Positions 28,501-36,524 are shown, counted from the first letter of the stretch. The stretch: DNA of 64,000 bases from Gemmatimonadales bacterium (GCA_035251445.1 DATFEG010000070.1:3563-67562); one strand, 5' to 3'. Notes: generated by a model not told the origin, from the sequence alone. A program made the numbers and translations.

Positions 28501-30102
28501 CGCTTCAGCATTCTGGACGCGCAGGGACGAGCCGAATTCATGGTTGGCATCGCCCAGGATATCGGGGAGCGCAAGGAAACGGAGACGACCCTGCGCCGTC
28601 GCGAGGCGCGCTTCCGCGCCTTGATGAACAGCACGCCGGTGCTCATCTGGGCCAGCGGCGTCGAGGGGATGGAGTACGTGAATCAGGCATTCCTCGAATT
28701 CCTCGGCGTCGAGTCACAGGAGGTGCTGGGCGACGCGTGGACTTACTACCTGCATCCCGATGACCGCGAGGCCGCTCTCGCGGCCTACGACCGCGCGCGG
28801 GCGACGTTGCAGCCGTTCGAGCAGCAATTCCGCTTCCGCCGGGTGGACGGGGAATACCGCTGGATGATGGCGGTTGCCCTGCCGCAGTTCGGCGCGGCTG
28901 GAAAGTTTTCGGGCTACGCGGGTGCCACCTTCGACATCACCACCCTCAAGGAGGCCGAAGAGAGCTTACGCACGGCGGACCAGCGGAAGGACGAGTTCAT
29001 CGCGATGCTTGCCCACGAGCTGCGAAACCCGCTCGCGCCGATCACGAACGTGGTCCAGATGCTCAAGTCATCCAATCTCGATACGTCGACGCTCGATTGG
29101 GCCCATCAGGTGCTGGAGCGACAACTCCGCAATCTGGGACGCATGGTGAATGATTTGCTGGACGTTTCTCGTATCAGCCATGGGAAGATTCAGCTCCAAC
29201 GCGAGCGCGTGGAGCTCAACGAGCTCATTGACCGTGTCATCGATACGGTCCGTCCCGCGATCGAGGCAGGACAAAAGCAGGTCACCATCGAGTTTCCCAC
29301 CGCGCCCGTCGTCCTTTTTGCCGATCCGGTGCGGCTCGAACAGGCAATCGGGAACCTGGTGCACAACGCCCTCAAGTTCACGGCGCAGGGCGGGCATATC
29401 GCCGTCCGCGCGACGACCGACGGGGCCGCGGGCAAGGCCGGGGAAGTCATCATCACCGTTCGGGACGACGGTGACGGTATATCGGCCGACGCGCTGCCGC
29501 GCGTATTCGATCTCTTTATGCAGGTCAACACGTCGCTGGACCGGGCGCAGGGGGGATTGGGGATCGGCCTCAGCCTGGTGCGTGGGCTCGTGGAATTGCA
29601 CGGCGGCACCGTCGAGGCAAAGAGCGACGGAAACGGGTTGGGCAGTCAGTTCACTGTGCGGTTACCGCTGGTCGAGATCCCGGCGACCCCCCCCCGGCAG
29701 CCCGTGAAGCGGGGCGACAATGGTCCTAAAAGCATTCTCGTTATCGACGACAACATGGATGCCGCGAATGCGCTCGCGGCGCTGCTGCGACACGACAAGC
29801 ATACCGTGAGCGTGGCCCATTCGGGCGTGCAAGGCTTGGAGATCGCGAATCGACTGCGTCCCGATGTCGCGTTGGTCGACCTGGGGATGCCCGGCATGAA
29901 TGGCTTCGTGGTCGCGGAGCGGCTCCGTGCCGCCGGTCACACCGAGACGCTCCTTGTCGCAGTCAGCGGCTACAGCGGCGAAGAGCCGCGCAAACGCGCC
30001 CGCGATGCCGGCTTCGACGAATACGTCATCAAACCGTTCGACGCGCAGGCCTTCGAAGAGCTCCTGAGCCGCCAGGCTAGCAGTCCTCGCGCGTCCCGCT
30101 GA
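25549..30102 (+). CDS. CheB-methylesterase / CheR-methyltransferase fusion linked to coiled coil, PAS domains, HisKA-HATPase and a receiver (hybrid sensor kinase)
   Basis: 1517 aa. Order of elements: VVCVGASAGGLEAF (CheB); TSFFRDPESFELL and CATGEEAYS (CheR); an EELQAANEEVQSANEELQSINEEIE coiled coil; PAS; FIAMLAHELRNPL (H-box); GGLGIGLSLV (G2 box); ILVIDDN...LVDLGMPGMNG (REC). Confidence 0.9.
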   Translation: MASARRKGDAKGSAKGDGRTSTPVPREPIAPPAGAPTPSQPFENVAPDGLRQPSLPFPVVCVGASAGGLEAFTQLLEATPTNTGMAFVLVSHLSPSHASHLAEILSRATRMPVNEVKDEPKVQPNRVYVIPPDRSMIISGGVLKLLPRREVRGQHHPIDLFLESLAEDQQNKSIAVILSGTGSDGTAGLDEIKAAGGITFAQDQTAAYEGMPRSATMAGSVDFVLPPAGIAMELANIARHAYVSPEGPLAQPPPAETAHFTQILNLLHQTMGVDFHHYKTTTLIRRIVRRMALHKLDALAEYAEFLRSRPAEIEALFQDILISVTSFFRDPESFELLKTKIFPRVTAERSIGDAIRMWVVGCATGEEAYSVAIAFSEFMEREGRVWPVQIFATDLNGAGVERARGGLYPKSISERVSPERLRRYFYEVDGKYRVAKSIRDMCVFAKHNIVADSPFSRMDLISCRNLLIYLEPVLQQHLMPILHYALKPSGFLWLGASETTGKFRDLFDADDAKHRFYIKKPNAARMPVPLPIRGPSERGTQAELPVSQGRRGEEVQREADRILLSRYTPPGVLVTDDLDILQFRGDTGPYLAPASGRASLNLLKMLREGLLLPVRTAIARAKREGSAIRTDDVRVKSNGGWRLVDLEVVPVKVSGTERSCYLLLFHEPQIQPERLPKPESVTNAEVEQETTQLKQELTATKEYLQSVIEQQEAATEELQAANEEVQSANEELQSINEEIETSKEEIQSSNEELATVNEELQTRNAELGQSNNDLMNLLASVQMAIVMLGADLRIRRFTPMAEKMLNLIATDVGRPLTDIRLNFDVPDLEKILGEVLETIQPYQRDVQDRNGRWHSLRVRPYRTLENRIDGVVIVLVDIDSVKSTAESLRVSAERLRIMYDRAPVGIFETDLEGRFTRVNDMFCRLTGRSRETLLALRSEDITHPDDILAEREDYHRIRNGATASVRREKRYLREGGEPVWVEVHRFSILDAQGRAEFMVGIAQDIGERKETETTLRRREARFRALMNSTPVLIWASGVEGMEYVNQAFLEFLGVESQEVLGDAWTYYLHPDDREAALAAYDRARATLQPFEQQFRFRRVDGEYRWMMAVALPQFGAAGKFSGYAGATFDITTLKEAEESLRTADQRKDEFIAMLAHELRNPLAPITNVVQMLKSSNLDTSTLDWAHQVLERQLRNLGRMVNDLLDVSRISHGKIQLQRERVELNELIDRVIDTVRPAIEAGQKQVTIEFPTAPVVLFADPVRLEQAIGNLVHNALKFTAQGGHIAVRATTDGAAGKAGEVIITVRDDGDGISADALPRVFDLFMQVNTSLDRAQGGLGIGLSLVRGLVELHGGTVEAKSDGNGLGSQFTVRLPLVEIPATPPRQPVKRGDNGPKSILVIDDNMDAANALAALLRHDKHTVSVAHSGVQGLEIANRLRPDVALVDLGMPGMNGFVVAERLRAAGHTETLLVAVSGYSGEEPRKRARDAGFDEYVIKPFDAQAFEELLSRQASSPRASR

Positions 30103-30108
30103 AGCGGG

Positions 30109-30873
30109 ATGCTCGCCCTGATCGTGGTCCTCGCCCAGGTGGCGATTCCACCGCCGCGCGGCTTCGTCAACGATTTCGCCGGCGTGCTCGACTCCGCATC
30201 GATCGCGCGCATGGACCGGGTCTTGGCGGAAGTACGAAGCGCCACGCGGGGCGAAATCGCGGTCGTCACCCTTCCCGATATCGGGGGACGTGCAGCGAGC
30301 GACGTGGCGGTGCGGATCGGCCGCCAGTGGGGCGTCGGGGCAGCGGCGGAAGCGGGCGATCCCGCCAAGAACCTGGGCGTCGTCGTGCTCCTGGTGCCGC
30401 GCAAGGATCACCAGCCGGGCACGGGCGACATCTTCATCGCGACGGGGCGGGGTGCCGAAGGCTTTCTCACCGACGCAGCCGTAGGACGCATTCGCGACGC
30501 GATGCTGCCACTCCTGGCGCAGGAACAGTACGGCGCCGGGTTGTCGCTGGCCGTCGATCTCATCGCCCAGGCGTTCGGGCAGGAGTTCGGCGTGACGCTC
30601 ACCACTCCAGAGTACGTGCGACCGCCGCCCACCGCGCGTCCCAGCGCTCCGATCCCGATCGGATTCATCATCATCGTTGTCGTGCTGCTGATCATTCTGA
30701 CTCGCGGCCGGATCTTCTTGCTACCGCTCCTGCTCAGTGGCCGGAGCGGCGGCTGGAGCAGCGGCCGAGGTTGGGGCGGAGGAGGGTGGGGCGGTGGGAG
30801 AGGTGGCGGCGGATTTGGTGGCTTTGGCGGGGGCGGTGGCTTCTCAGGAGGCGGGGCTGGGGGGAGATTCTGA
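30109..30873 (+). CDS. TPM-domain (YgcG-like) protein with a transmembrane segment and Gly/Trp-rich tail
   Basis: Contains PPPRGFVNDFAGVLDSASIARMDRVLAEVRSATRGEIAVVTLPDIGG, and the C-terminus is GGGWGGGRGGGGFGGFGGGGGF. Confidence 0.85.
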   Translation: MLALIVVLAQVAIPPPRGFVNDFAGVLDSASIARMDRVLAEVRSATRGEIAVVTLPDIGGRAASDVAVRIGRQWGVGAAAEAGDPAKNLGVVVLLVPRKDHQPGTGDIFIATGRGAEGFLTDAAVGRIRDAMLPLLAQEQYGAGLSLAVDLIAQAFGQEFGVTLTTPEYVRPPPTARPSAPIPIGFIIIVVVLLIILTRGRIFLLPLLLSGRSGGWSSGRGWGGGGWGGGRGGGGFGGFGGGGGFSGGGAGGRF

Positions 30874-30874
30874 T

Positions 30875-31546
30875 ATGGCGCGAATCTCGGCGGACCAATT
30901 CGGGGAACGGCTCAGTGCGGCTCTCGGCGGCCGGCTGGTGACGCTGGTGCTCTATGGCTCGGCTGCGAGAGAGCACGGAGCACGGAGCACGGAGCAGACG
31001 GGCGTCAACACATTGCTCATTGTCGACCGGATTGACGCCGACGTCTTTGACCAGATCGTCGCAACCGTGGGCGAGTGGATGAGCGCCAAGCACCCGGCGC
31101 CGTTGGTGATGACGGAACAGGAGTGGCGGGCCTCGGCGGACGCCTTTCCCATCGAATACGACGACATTCGCGCGTATCATCGCGTGCTGGCCGGCAGGGA
31201 TCCGTGGGACGGCATCCGGGTCAAGCGCGAGCATGTGCGCCGCCAGCTCGAGCACGAGCTCAAGGGCAAGCTGATGCACCTGCGGCAGGCCTACGCAGCC
31301 GAGTGGAAGAGTCCCAAGCGCCTGACCGAAGTGGTGCGCGGCACCTGGGCGGGGTTCCTCACGATGTTGCGGGCCGTGCTGCGGCTCGCCGGGCGCGACG
31401 TGCCGGCTTCCGCCGATGCGCTGGTGCGAGACGCCGCCGCACTGATAGGATTTTCCGTGGGGCGATTGAACGAGCCGGTAAGCTACCTCGACGCGGTGAC
31501 GCGCACGGCGCAGTACGTCGACCGCATGGAAAGGACTGCTTTGTGA
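30875..31546 (+). CDS. Nucleotidyltransferase-fold (Pol-beta-like) protein with a helical C-terminal domain. The catalytic loop carries the heptamer array.
   Basis: The ATG lies 1 nt after the TPM stop. It has the LVLYGSAAR...GVNTLLIVD NTase-like core and overlaps lemA as GTGA. The acidic D-x-D motif is not evident. Confidence 0.65.
   Translation: MARISADQFGERLSAALGGRLVTLVLYGSAAREHGARSTEQTGVNTLLIVDRIDADVFDQIVATVGEWMSAKHPAPLVMTEQEWRASADAFPIEYDDIRAYHRVLAGRDPWDGIRVKREHVRRQLEHELKGKLMHLRQAYAAEWKSPKRLTEVVRGTWAGFLTMLRAVLRLAGRDVPASADALVRDAAALIGFSVGRLNEPVSYLDAVTRTAQYVDRMERTAL
30970..30997 (+). repeat. Tandem heptanucleotide array GAGCACG x3 plus GAGCAGA, inside a CDS
   Basis: Read directly. It is the same heptamer family (GGAGCAC/GGAGCAG) as at 18694-18793, and it encodes EHGARSTEQ. 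Confidence 0.85.
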
Positions 31547-32118
31547 ACGCGCAAACACCTCGCGTTGGCCCACTGCTCAGCATGGCGCTCGCGCTGGTCG
31601 CGGGCTGTGGCTACAACACGATTCAGACGCTCGACGAGAAGGTCAATTCGGCCGAGTCACAGATCAAGGTTCAGCTGCAGCGGCGCGCCGATCTCATTCC
31701 GAATCTCGTCGAGACCGTCAAAGCGTATGCCCGGCAGGAGGAGACGATCTTTACGCAGGTCGCGGAAGCGCGCGCGAAGCTGGCAGGTGCGGTCCAAAGT
31801 GGAAACCTCGACTCCATGGCGGCCGCCAATGCGGCTCTCACCGCGCCATTGGGCCGTCTGCTTGCCATCGCGGAAAACTATCCGCAGCTCAAGTCGAATG
31901 AGAACTTCCGGGCTCTTCAGGATCAGCTCGAAGGAACGGAGAATCGCATCGCGGTAGCCCGACAGGATTACAACGAAACGGTGAACACGTACAACGCCTA
32001 CATTCGGCGTTTTCCACAGGTGCTCACGGCCAAGGTTCTCGGAAAAAAGGCGCGATCCTACTTCGAATTGCAGACACCGGGAGCGGCGGAAGCGCCGCGA
32101 GTCGACTTCTCGCGCTAG
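31543..32118 (+). CDS. LemA-family lipoprotein
   Basis: The GTG overlaps the upstream TGA. It has the lipobox LVAGC, then NTIQTLDEKVNSAESQIKVQLQRRADLIPNLVETVK, ENYPQLKSNENF and ARQDYNETVNTYN. Confidence 0.9.
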   Translation: MNAQTPRVGPLLSMALALVAGCGYNTIQTLDEKVNSAESQIKVQLQRRADLIPNLVETVKAYARQEETIFTQVAEARAKLAGAVQSGNLDSMAAANAALTAPLGRLLAIAENYPQLKSNENFRALQDQLEGTENRIAVARQDYNETVNTYNAYIRRFPQVLTAKVLGKKARSYFELQTPGAAEAPRVDFSR

Positions 32119-32120
32119 CA

Positions 32121-32154
32121 GGTTAGATTTCAGCGAACTAGATTTCAACTAACC
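32121..32154 (+). promoter_or_regulatory. AT-rich element: direct repeat TAGATTTCA (15-bp period) bracketed by GGTTAG/CTAACC
   Basis: GGTTAGATTTCAGCGAACTAGATTTCAACTAACC lies immediately upstream of the response-regulator ATG (32157). Its function is unknown. Confidence 0.3.
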
Positions 32155-32156
32155 GC

Positions 32157-32585
32157 ATGCCACGAATTGAAGCGAGCCCACTCGAGCGACACCGTGCCGC
32201 CAGCGCGGTCTCGGAACGGGACGCAGCCAAGCGCTGTCTCGTTGCCATCATCGAGGATGATACCGAGTTCCGGAATATGCTGCGCGAGCTGCTCGAAGAG
32301 GAGCAGTACCGCGTCGTCGCGGTATCCAATGGTGCCGAAGCCCTCGAAACGCTCCGCGGCAACACGGTGCCCAATGTCATTTTGCTCGACGTGTCGATGC
32401 CCGTGATGGACGGCTTCGATTTTCTTCGCATCCGAAACGATGATCCGCGCCTCGCGCAGGTTCCCGTCGTGCTCGTGACGAACGCCAAGCCGCACGAGCG
32501 CCCGACTGTCGGCGTCAACGATGTCGTCCGCAAGCCGATCGACATCGACGAGATTCTGTTCGCAATCAAGCGCTACTGCGACTGA
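32157..32585 (+). CDS. Stand-alone receiver-domain response regulator
   Basis: 142 aa, with VAIIEDDTEFRNML and ILLDVSMPVMDGFDFL. It has no output domain. Confidence 0.85.
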   Translation: MPRIEASPLERHRAASAVSERDAAKRCLVAIIEDDTEFRNMLRELLEEEQYRVVAVSNGAEALETLRGNTVPNVILLDVSMPVMDGFDFLRIRNDDPRLAQVPVVLVTNAKPHERPTVGVNDVVRKPIDIDEILFAIKRYCD

Positions 32586-32631
32586 TCGTTGATCATCGAT
32601 CATTGATCATTGATTAATGATCATTGATCAT
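32583..32631. repeat. Seven tandem heptamers, consensus TGATCAT (palindromic core TGATCA, six GATC sites), followed by T6
   Basis: Read directly: TGATCGT TGATCAT CGATCAT TGATCAT TGATTAA TGATCAT TGATCAT, then TGTTTTTTG. The array begins at the TGA of the response-regulator gene and supplies the last codons (MINDH*) of the convergent kinase gene. Confidence 0.9.
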
Positions 32632-33846
32632 TGTTTTTTGCGGGCCTCGCGGCAGCGTAAAGAAGAATGTCGTGCCCTCCCCGGATCGACTCTCGACCCA
32701 GATCCGGCCACCCAGTGCCTCGACTACTCCCTTTGCAATCGTCAGCCCCAGGCCGCTGCCGAGTCGCGCTTTTGGCGTGGCCTGCCAGAAGCGATCGAAT
32801 ACGTGGGGCAGCTGCTCGGACGAAATGCCGATGCCGCTGTCCCGGACGGAGAACACCACCTCGTCGTCGAGTCGCTGCGCCGTAACCTGCACCGATCCAC
32901 CGTCCGGCGTGAACTTGATCGCGTTGCCGATCAGATTACCCAGCACCTGGAGGACGCGCTCGCGGTCGCACACGACATCGATCCCGTCTGCCACGTTCTG
33001 CTCGATACGCAGCGACCTGTCGCCCGCCTGAACCTGACAGGCCGCCACGGCCTCCTCGATGATCGGCCGGACGGGCTCGCGGAGCGGCTCCACAAAGAGC
33101 CGTCCCGCTTCGATGCTCGCGACATCGAGCAAGTCGCCGATCAGCCGGTTCATCCGCTCGGCAGAACGGCGAATCGCTTCGACGTGGCGGCGGTCGCGGC
33201 GGCCTTCGTCATCGGGGGGTAGGCTGCGCAGCAGCAGGCCGACCGCCGTAAGAACGGTGTTCAGGCCGTTCCGGAGATCGTGCGAAATGGCGGCGAGCGT
33301 GTCGTCGCGCGCGCGACTCGCCTGTCGCGCCTGTTGGTACAGGCGGGCGTTGTCGGCGCCCAACGCGGTCCGTTGTGCGATGTCCTCGAGCTTTGACAGA
33401 TCGCTGCGCGAGAACGTGCGGTCGGGCCGAGTCATTGCGAGCGTCAATACACCGAGCAGGCGCCCTCGTCCAATCAGTGGGAGCAGGACGAGCGAGCGGA
33501 TGCCCGCGGCGCGAATGGCTGCCTGGCCGGAGGGATCTGTCGTGATGGCGCCGAGCGTTGAGGCCGTGAGATCGGGAATGAGCAGCGTCTCGCCGGCACG
33601 AAGGCTGGGCGTCGGCACCAGGTGCCAGTCGTCTAGCGAGTTATCCACGCGTTGCACGGATCCGTCGTCGTCGATGACATCGACGAGACAGACGTCACCC
33701 AGGCGGGGCACCACCAGACGCGCGACCCCTGAGAGCATCGCCCGCTCGTCCAGCGCCGAGGCGAGTATCTCGGCGAGGTTCGACAGGAAGCGTTGCTCTT
33801 CGGCATCGGCTTTCGCGACCCTTGGCGTGCTGCTCTTTACTTTCAC
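32614..33846 (-). CDS. GAF-domain sensor histidine kinase
   Basis: 410 aa with an N-terminal GAF-like region, [13 protein letters not shown] (H-box), [11 protein letters not shown] (N-box) and [13 protein letters not shown] (G2). Confidence 0.9.
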   Translation of the reverse strand: MKVKSSTPRVAKADAEEQRFLSNLAEILASALDERAMLSGVARLVVPRLGDVCLVDVIDDDGSVQRVDNSLDDWHLVPTPSLRAGETLLIPDLTASTLGAITTDPSGQAAIRAAGIRSLVLLPLIGRGRLLGVLTLAMTRPDRTFSRSDLSKLEDIAQRTALGADNARLYQQARQASRARDDTLAAISHDLRNGLNTVLTAVGLLLRSLPPDDEGRRDRRHVEAIRRSAERMNRLIGDLLDVASIEAGRLFVEPLREPVRPIIEEAVAACQVQAGDRSLRIEQNVADGIDVVCDRERVLQVLGNLIGNAIKFTPDGGSVQVTAQRLDDEVVFSVRDSGIGISSEQLPHVFDRFWQATPKARLGSGLGLTIAKGVVEALGGRIWVESRSGEGTTFFFTLPRGPQKTMINDH

Positions 33847-33932
33847 TCCACCGCATCCTCGCCAACTTCAATTCATCTCACCTGAGGCTGGCGCGCGACC
33901 TGCAAGCACCTCCGCACTCCGGACACCGGCGA

Positions 33933-34208
33933 TTACGTCAGCAATATGATCAACAGTACAGCGATGACGACCAAGCCTAAAGTGGTAATCGTAATTGTCG
34001 TTGTTTCCGCGGTGGCCGCCGTCGTGACCTTCTCGTGCTGCAACGTCGGCCGATAGCTCGGAAACACAGGTTGCAGCCGCGGGCCTCCACGCTGCTCCCG
34101 CTGGAGTTCCGTGGGGATACCTGCTGGGGGCGGCGAGGCCGCTGGCTGTTGTGCAGCCAGCGGCGCCGCGGCCAGACATCCAAACAGCGTCAGGACGGCC
34201 AACCTCAC
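33933..34208 (-). CDS. Small secreted / C-terminally anchored protein (91 aa)
   Basis: It has a signal peptide (MRLAVLTLFGCLAAAPLAAQ) and a C-terminal transmembrane segment. Its GTG start overlaps the upstream stop (GTGA), which suggests translational coupling. Confidence 0.5.
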   Translation of the reverse strand: MRLAVLTLFGCLAAAPLAAQQPAASPPPAGIPTELQREQRGGPRLQPVFPSYRPTLQHEKVTTAATAETTTITITTLGLVVIAVLLIILLT

Positions 34209-34351
34209 ACGACTCGCCGTCCCTGAATCGCGCGGATGACGATGACTACGAGCGCGACGACCAGCAAGAGGTGAAGCAGGCCACCGAAGGTGTACGACGA
34301 AATCAACCCCAGCAGCCAGAGAACGATGAGGATAATCGCGAGTGTTACCAT
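34205..34351 (-). CDS. lmo0937-family tiny membrane protein (48 aa)
   Basis: MVTLAIILIVLWLLGLISSYTFGGLLHLLLVVALVVIVIRAIQGRR matches the family pattern. An AGGAGG ribosome-binding site lies upstream. Confidence 0.75.
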   Translation of the reverse strand: MVTLAIILIVLWLLGLISSYTFGGLLHLLLVVALVVIVIRAIQGRRVV

Positions 34352-34368
34352 AAGTCGGTTTTCCCCTC

Positions 34369-35808
34369 CTAGGGTGTCACGGGCAGCTGCGGGCCAACTA
34401 CCCATTTCACGATGCGCCCGGGCTCGAGCGTCGTGTTTTCTTCCACCTGGTTGATCAGCGCCAGCGTCGACACGGGCACGGGCGACGGCCGCTGCCGCGC
34501 CAGTTCGGCAATGGTGGTGCGTCGGTCCAACGTGAACACGTCGAGATGCTGCGGCTGCACATTGAGCATGGCCGGATCTGTCAGCGGCGCGAAGCTCGTC
34601 AGCGCCCGCTGCGCGACGCCCTGATTATTCGCCCAGCTCGCCTCCGGTCCGTATGCGAGCAGCCGGTATACATGAGAGCCGTATTCGACGAAGACGGCAT
34701 TTCCGCGCAGCGTCCCCTGCTCGGTAGCCGCCGCGAAGGGCGCGGCCGTGGCCGTGAGTCCATTGACGTTGCCCCGTGTCGGCGTCCCCGCCTGGACTCC
34801 CTGCTGCGACAGGAACGCGCGTGCGGCCTGGTCGGCGCTCGAGCCCTGCGCGAGGCTGAGCTCGATGACGGCGTCCTGTTGCGGACTCTGCGCCGCAACC
34901 GCCTGCTTGGTGTTGGCCGTCCGCCAACCGCCCGGCATCGAGATGCGGAACTTGAGGTCGGGATGGTAGAACTCGGTTCCTTTAAAGAACCCTTCGCGCG
35001 GATTGACGCCGAAAACCATGCCGTCCAGCCGCCGCGCGTAGCCTTCGCGGTTCACCGTCGCGCTCGCGAAATCGACCTGGGCCCGTTCCACGAGCGTCTT
35101 AATGTGCGCGACACGGTTGCCAGGATTCGGATGCGTCGCCAACCATTCCGGCAGCTTGCCGCCGTTGCGCGTGTCGAGTTGATCGAGCATCTGCATGACG
35201 TTGATCATCTGGCGCGCATCGTAGTTGGCCCGGCCCGCGTAGCGCACGCCGAGCTCATCGGCCTGGTTTTCGTCATCCCGGGAGAATTTCAGGAACAGGA
35301 CTTGAAGCGCTTGACTCGCGACGCCGGCATACTGCGCGATGGTCGAGCTGGCGATGCTGCCGATCGCGAGCCCTAATCCGGCAAGCTGCTGCTGCGTCAT
35401 CTGCTGCGCCGTGTGCCGCGCGGTGACGTGGCCGATCTCGTGGCCCATTACTCCGGCGAGCTCCGCTTCGTTCGTCATGTGCGCCAGGATGCCGCGCGTC
35501 ACGTAGACGTGGCCGCCCGGAATCGCGAACGCATTGACGCTCGGATCATCGACGACGCGGAATGTCCACGGAAGGTTGGGGCGCTCCGACGTTGCCGCCA
35601 GTTTCTTGCCGAGTTCGGCGACGTAGCTCTGGAGGCCCGGATCGGGATACAGGCCGATCGCGACGACCACTTGGCTGTCGTAGGCCGCGCCCATCTGTAT
35701 CTCCTGTCCCTCGCCCACCAGCATCAGCTCGTTTTTTCCGGTCGCGGGATTGCGCGCGCAACCGGCCAGGACCAGTCCCAATCCCGCGATCAGCGTGAGC
35801 CGCCTCAT
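34369..35808 (-). CDS. M48-family zinc metalloprotease, lipoprotein
   Basis: Lipobox LVLAGC, HEIGHVTARH (HEXXH) and DENQADELG. Confidence 0.9.
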   Translation of the reverse strand: MRRLTLIAGLGLVLAGCARNPATGKNELMLVGEGQEIQMGAAYDSQVVVAIGLYPDPGLQSYVAELGKKLAATSERPNLPWTFRVVDDPSVNAFAIPGGHVYVTRGILAHMTNEAELAGVMGHEIGHVTARHTAQQMTQQQLAGLGLAIGSIASSTIAQYAGVASQALQVLFLKFSRDDENQADELGVRYAGRANYDARQMINVMQMLDQLDTRNGGKLPEWLATHPNPGNRVAHIKTLVERAQVDFASATVNREGYARRLDGMVFGVNPREGFFKGTEFYHPDLKFRISMPGGWRTANTKQAVAAQSPQQDAVIELSLAQGSSADQAARAFLSQQGVQAGTPTRGNVNGLTATAAPFAAATEQGTLRGNAVFVEYGSHVYRLLAYGPEASWANNQGVAQRALTSFAPLTDPAMLNVQPQHLDVFTLDRRTTIAELARQRPSPVPVSTLALINQVEENTTLEPGRIVKWVVGPQLPVTP

Positions 35809-35987
35809 GACTCCTCCAGGCCCTTCTGGATCTTTCCGCCGAGCTCCTGCATGGTGCCGGTGATTTGATCGCCGAGGCCTTCGGCCTCGAGCCGCGCGTC
35901 ACCGCGCGCCCGACCAGCCGTCTCCTTCGCCTTTCCCTTCAACTGGCGAATCTTGCCGCGAACTCTCGTCTTCGTGCTGCGCTTCAT
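35805..35987 (-). CDS. CsbD-family stress protein
   Basis: MKRSTKTRVRGKIRQLKGKAKETAGRARGDARLEAEGLGDQITGTMQELGGKIQKG. The stop overlaps the M48 start. Confidence 0.8.
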   Translation of the reverse strand: MKRSTKTRVRGKIRQLKGKAKETAGRARGDARLEAEGLGDQITGTMQELGGKIQKGLEES

Positions 35988-36097
35988 GGGAGCTACTCCC
36001 GTCGTAAGGGTCTCTCCTAAAATTTCCACTCCAAGCAGCGTTCCCGACATCCCTCGGCGGGACGAAAAATGAGGTAGGTCGGAGTAGTTGAAGGGAG

Positions 36098-36484
36098 CTA
36101 ACCCTCGGATGGGGAGTAACTCGCTGCGGTCCCATCGTGGGTTGCGGGGGCGGGGGCGGCACCGGCGGGTCCACCGATCGCCACTGGATCGGTCAGCCGA
36201 TAGTCGGCGTGGAGTCGCTGCAGCGCAGATTCCAGGCGGCGGTTCACTGCGCGGTTCTGCCCGGGACTATCCGAAACAACCAGGATCTGCGTACTCCGCT
36301 GCTCGAGTATCAGCTGCGCAGCCCAGGCGCGCGCCTGCTGGAAGGCGATGGCGTTCTCATTGTCGAGCAGGCACCGCAGGTCGGTCAATCCGGCGGCGGG
36401 CGGAGGAGGAACCACGCGGTACGCGTACGCCCAGAGCTGCTGCACGAAAAAAGGTTCGCCCCGTGTCGTCCGGGGCGGAATCAA
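36098..36484 (-). CDS. Hypothetical protein (128 aa)
   Basis: This is the most protein-like of three overlapping ORFs. I recognise no family. Confidence 0.4.
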   Translation of the reverse strand: MIPPRTTRGEPFFVQQLWAYAYRVVPPPPAAGLTDLRCLLDNENAIAFQQARAWAAQLILEQRSTQILVVSDSPGQNRAVNRRLESALQRLHADYRLTDPVAIGGPAGAAPAPATHDGTAASYSPSEG

Positions 36485-36524
36485 CCGTAAGGACGAATGG
36501 CGGGTTACAGCGACGGGACTAGAC

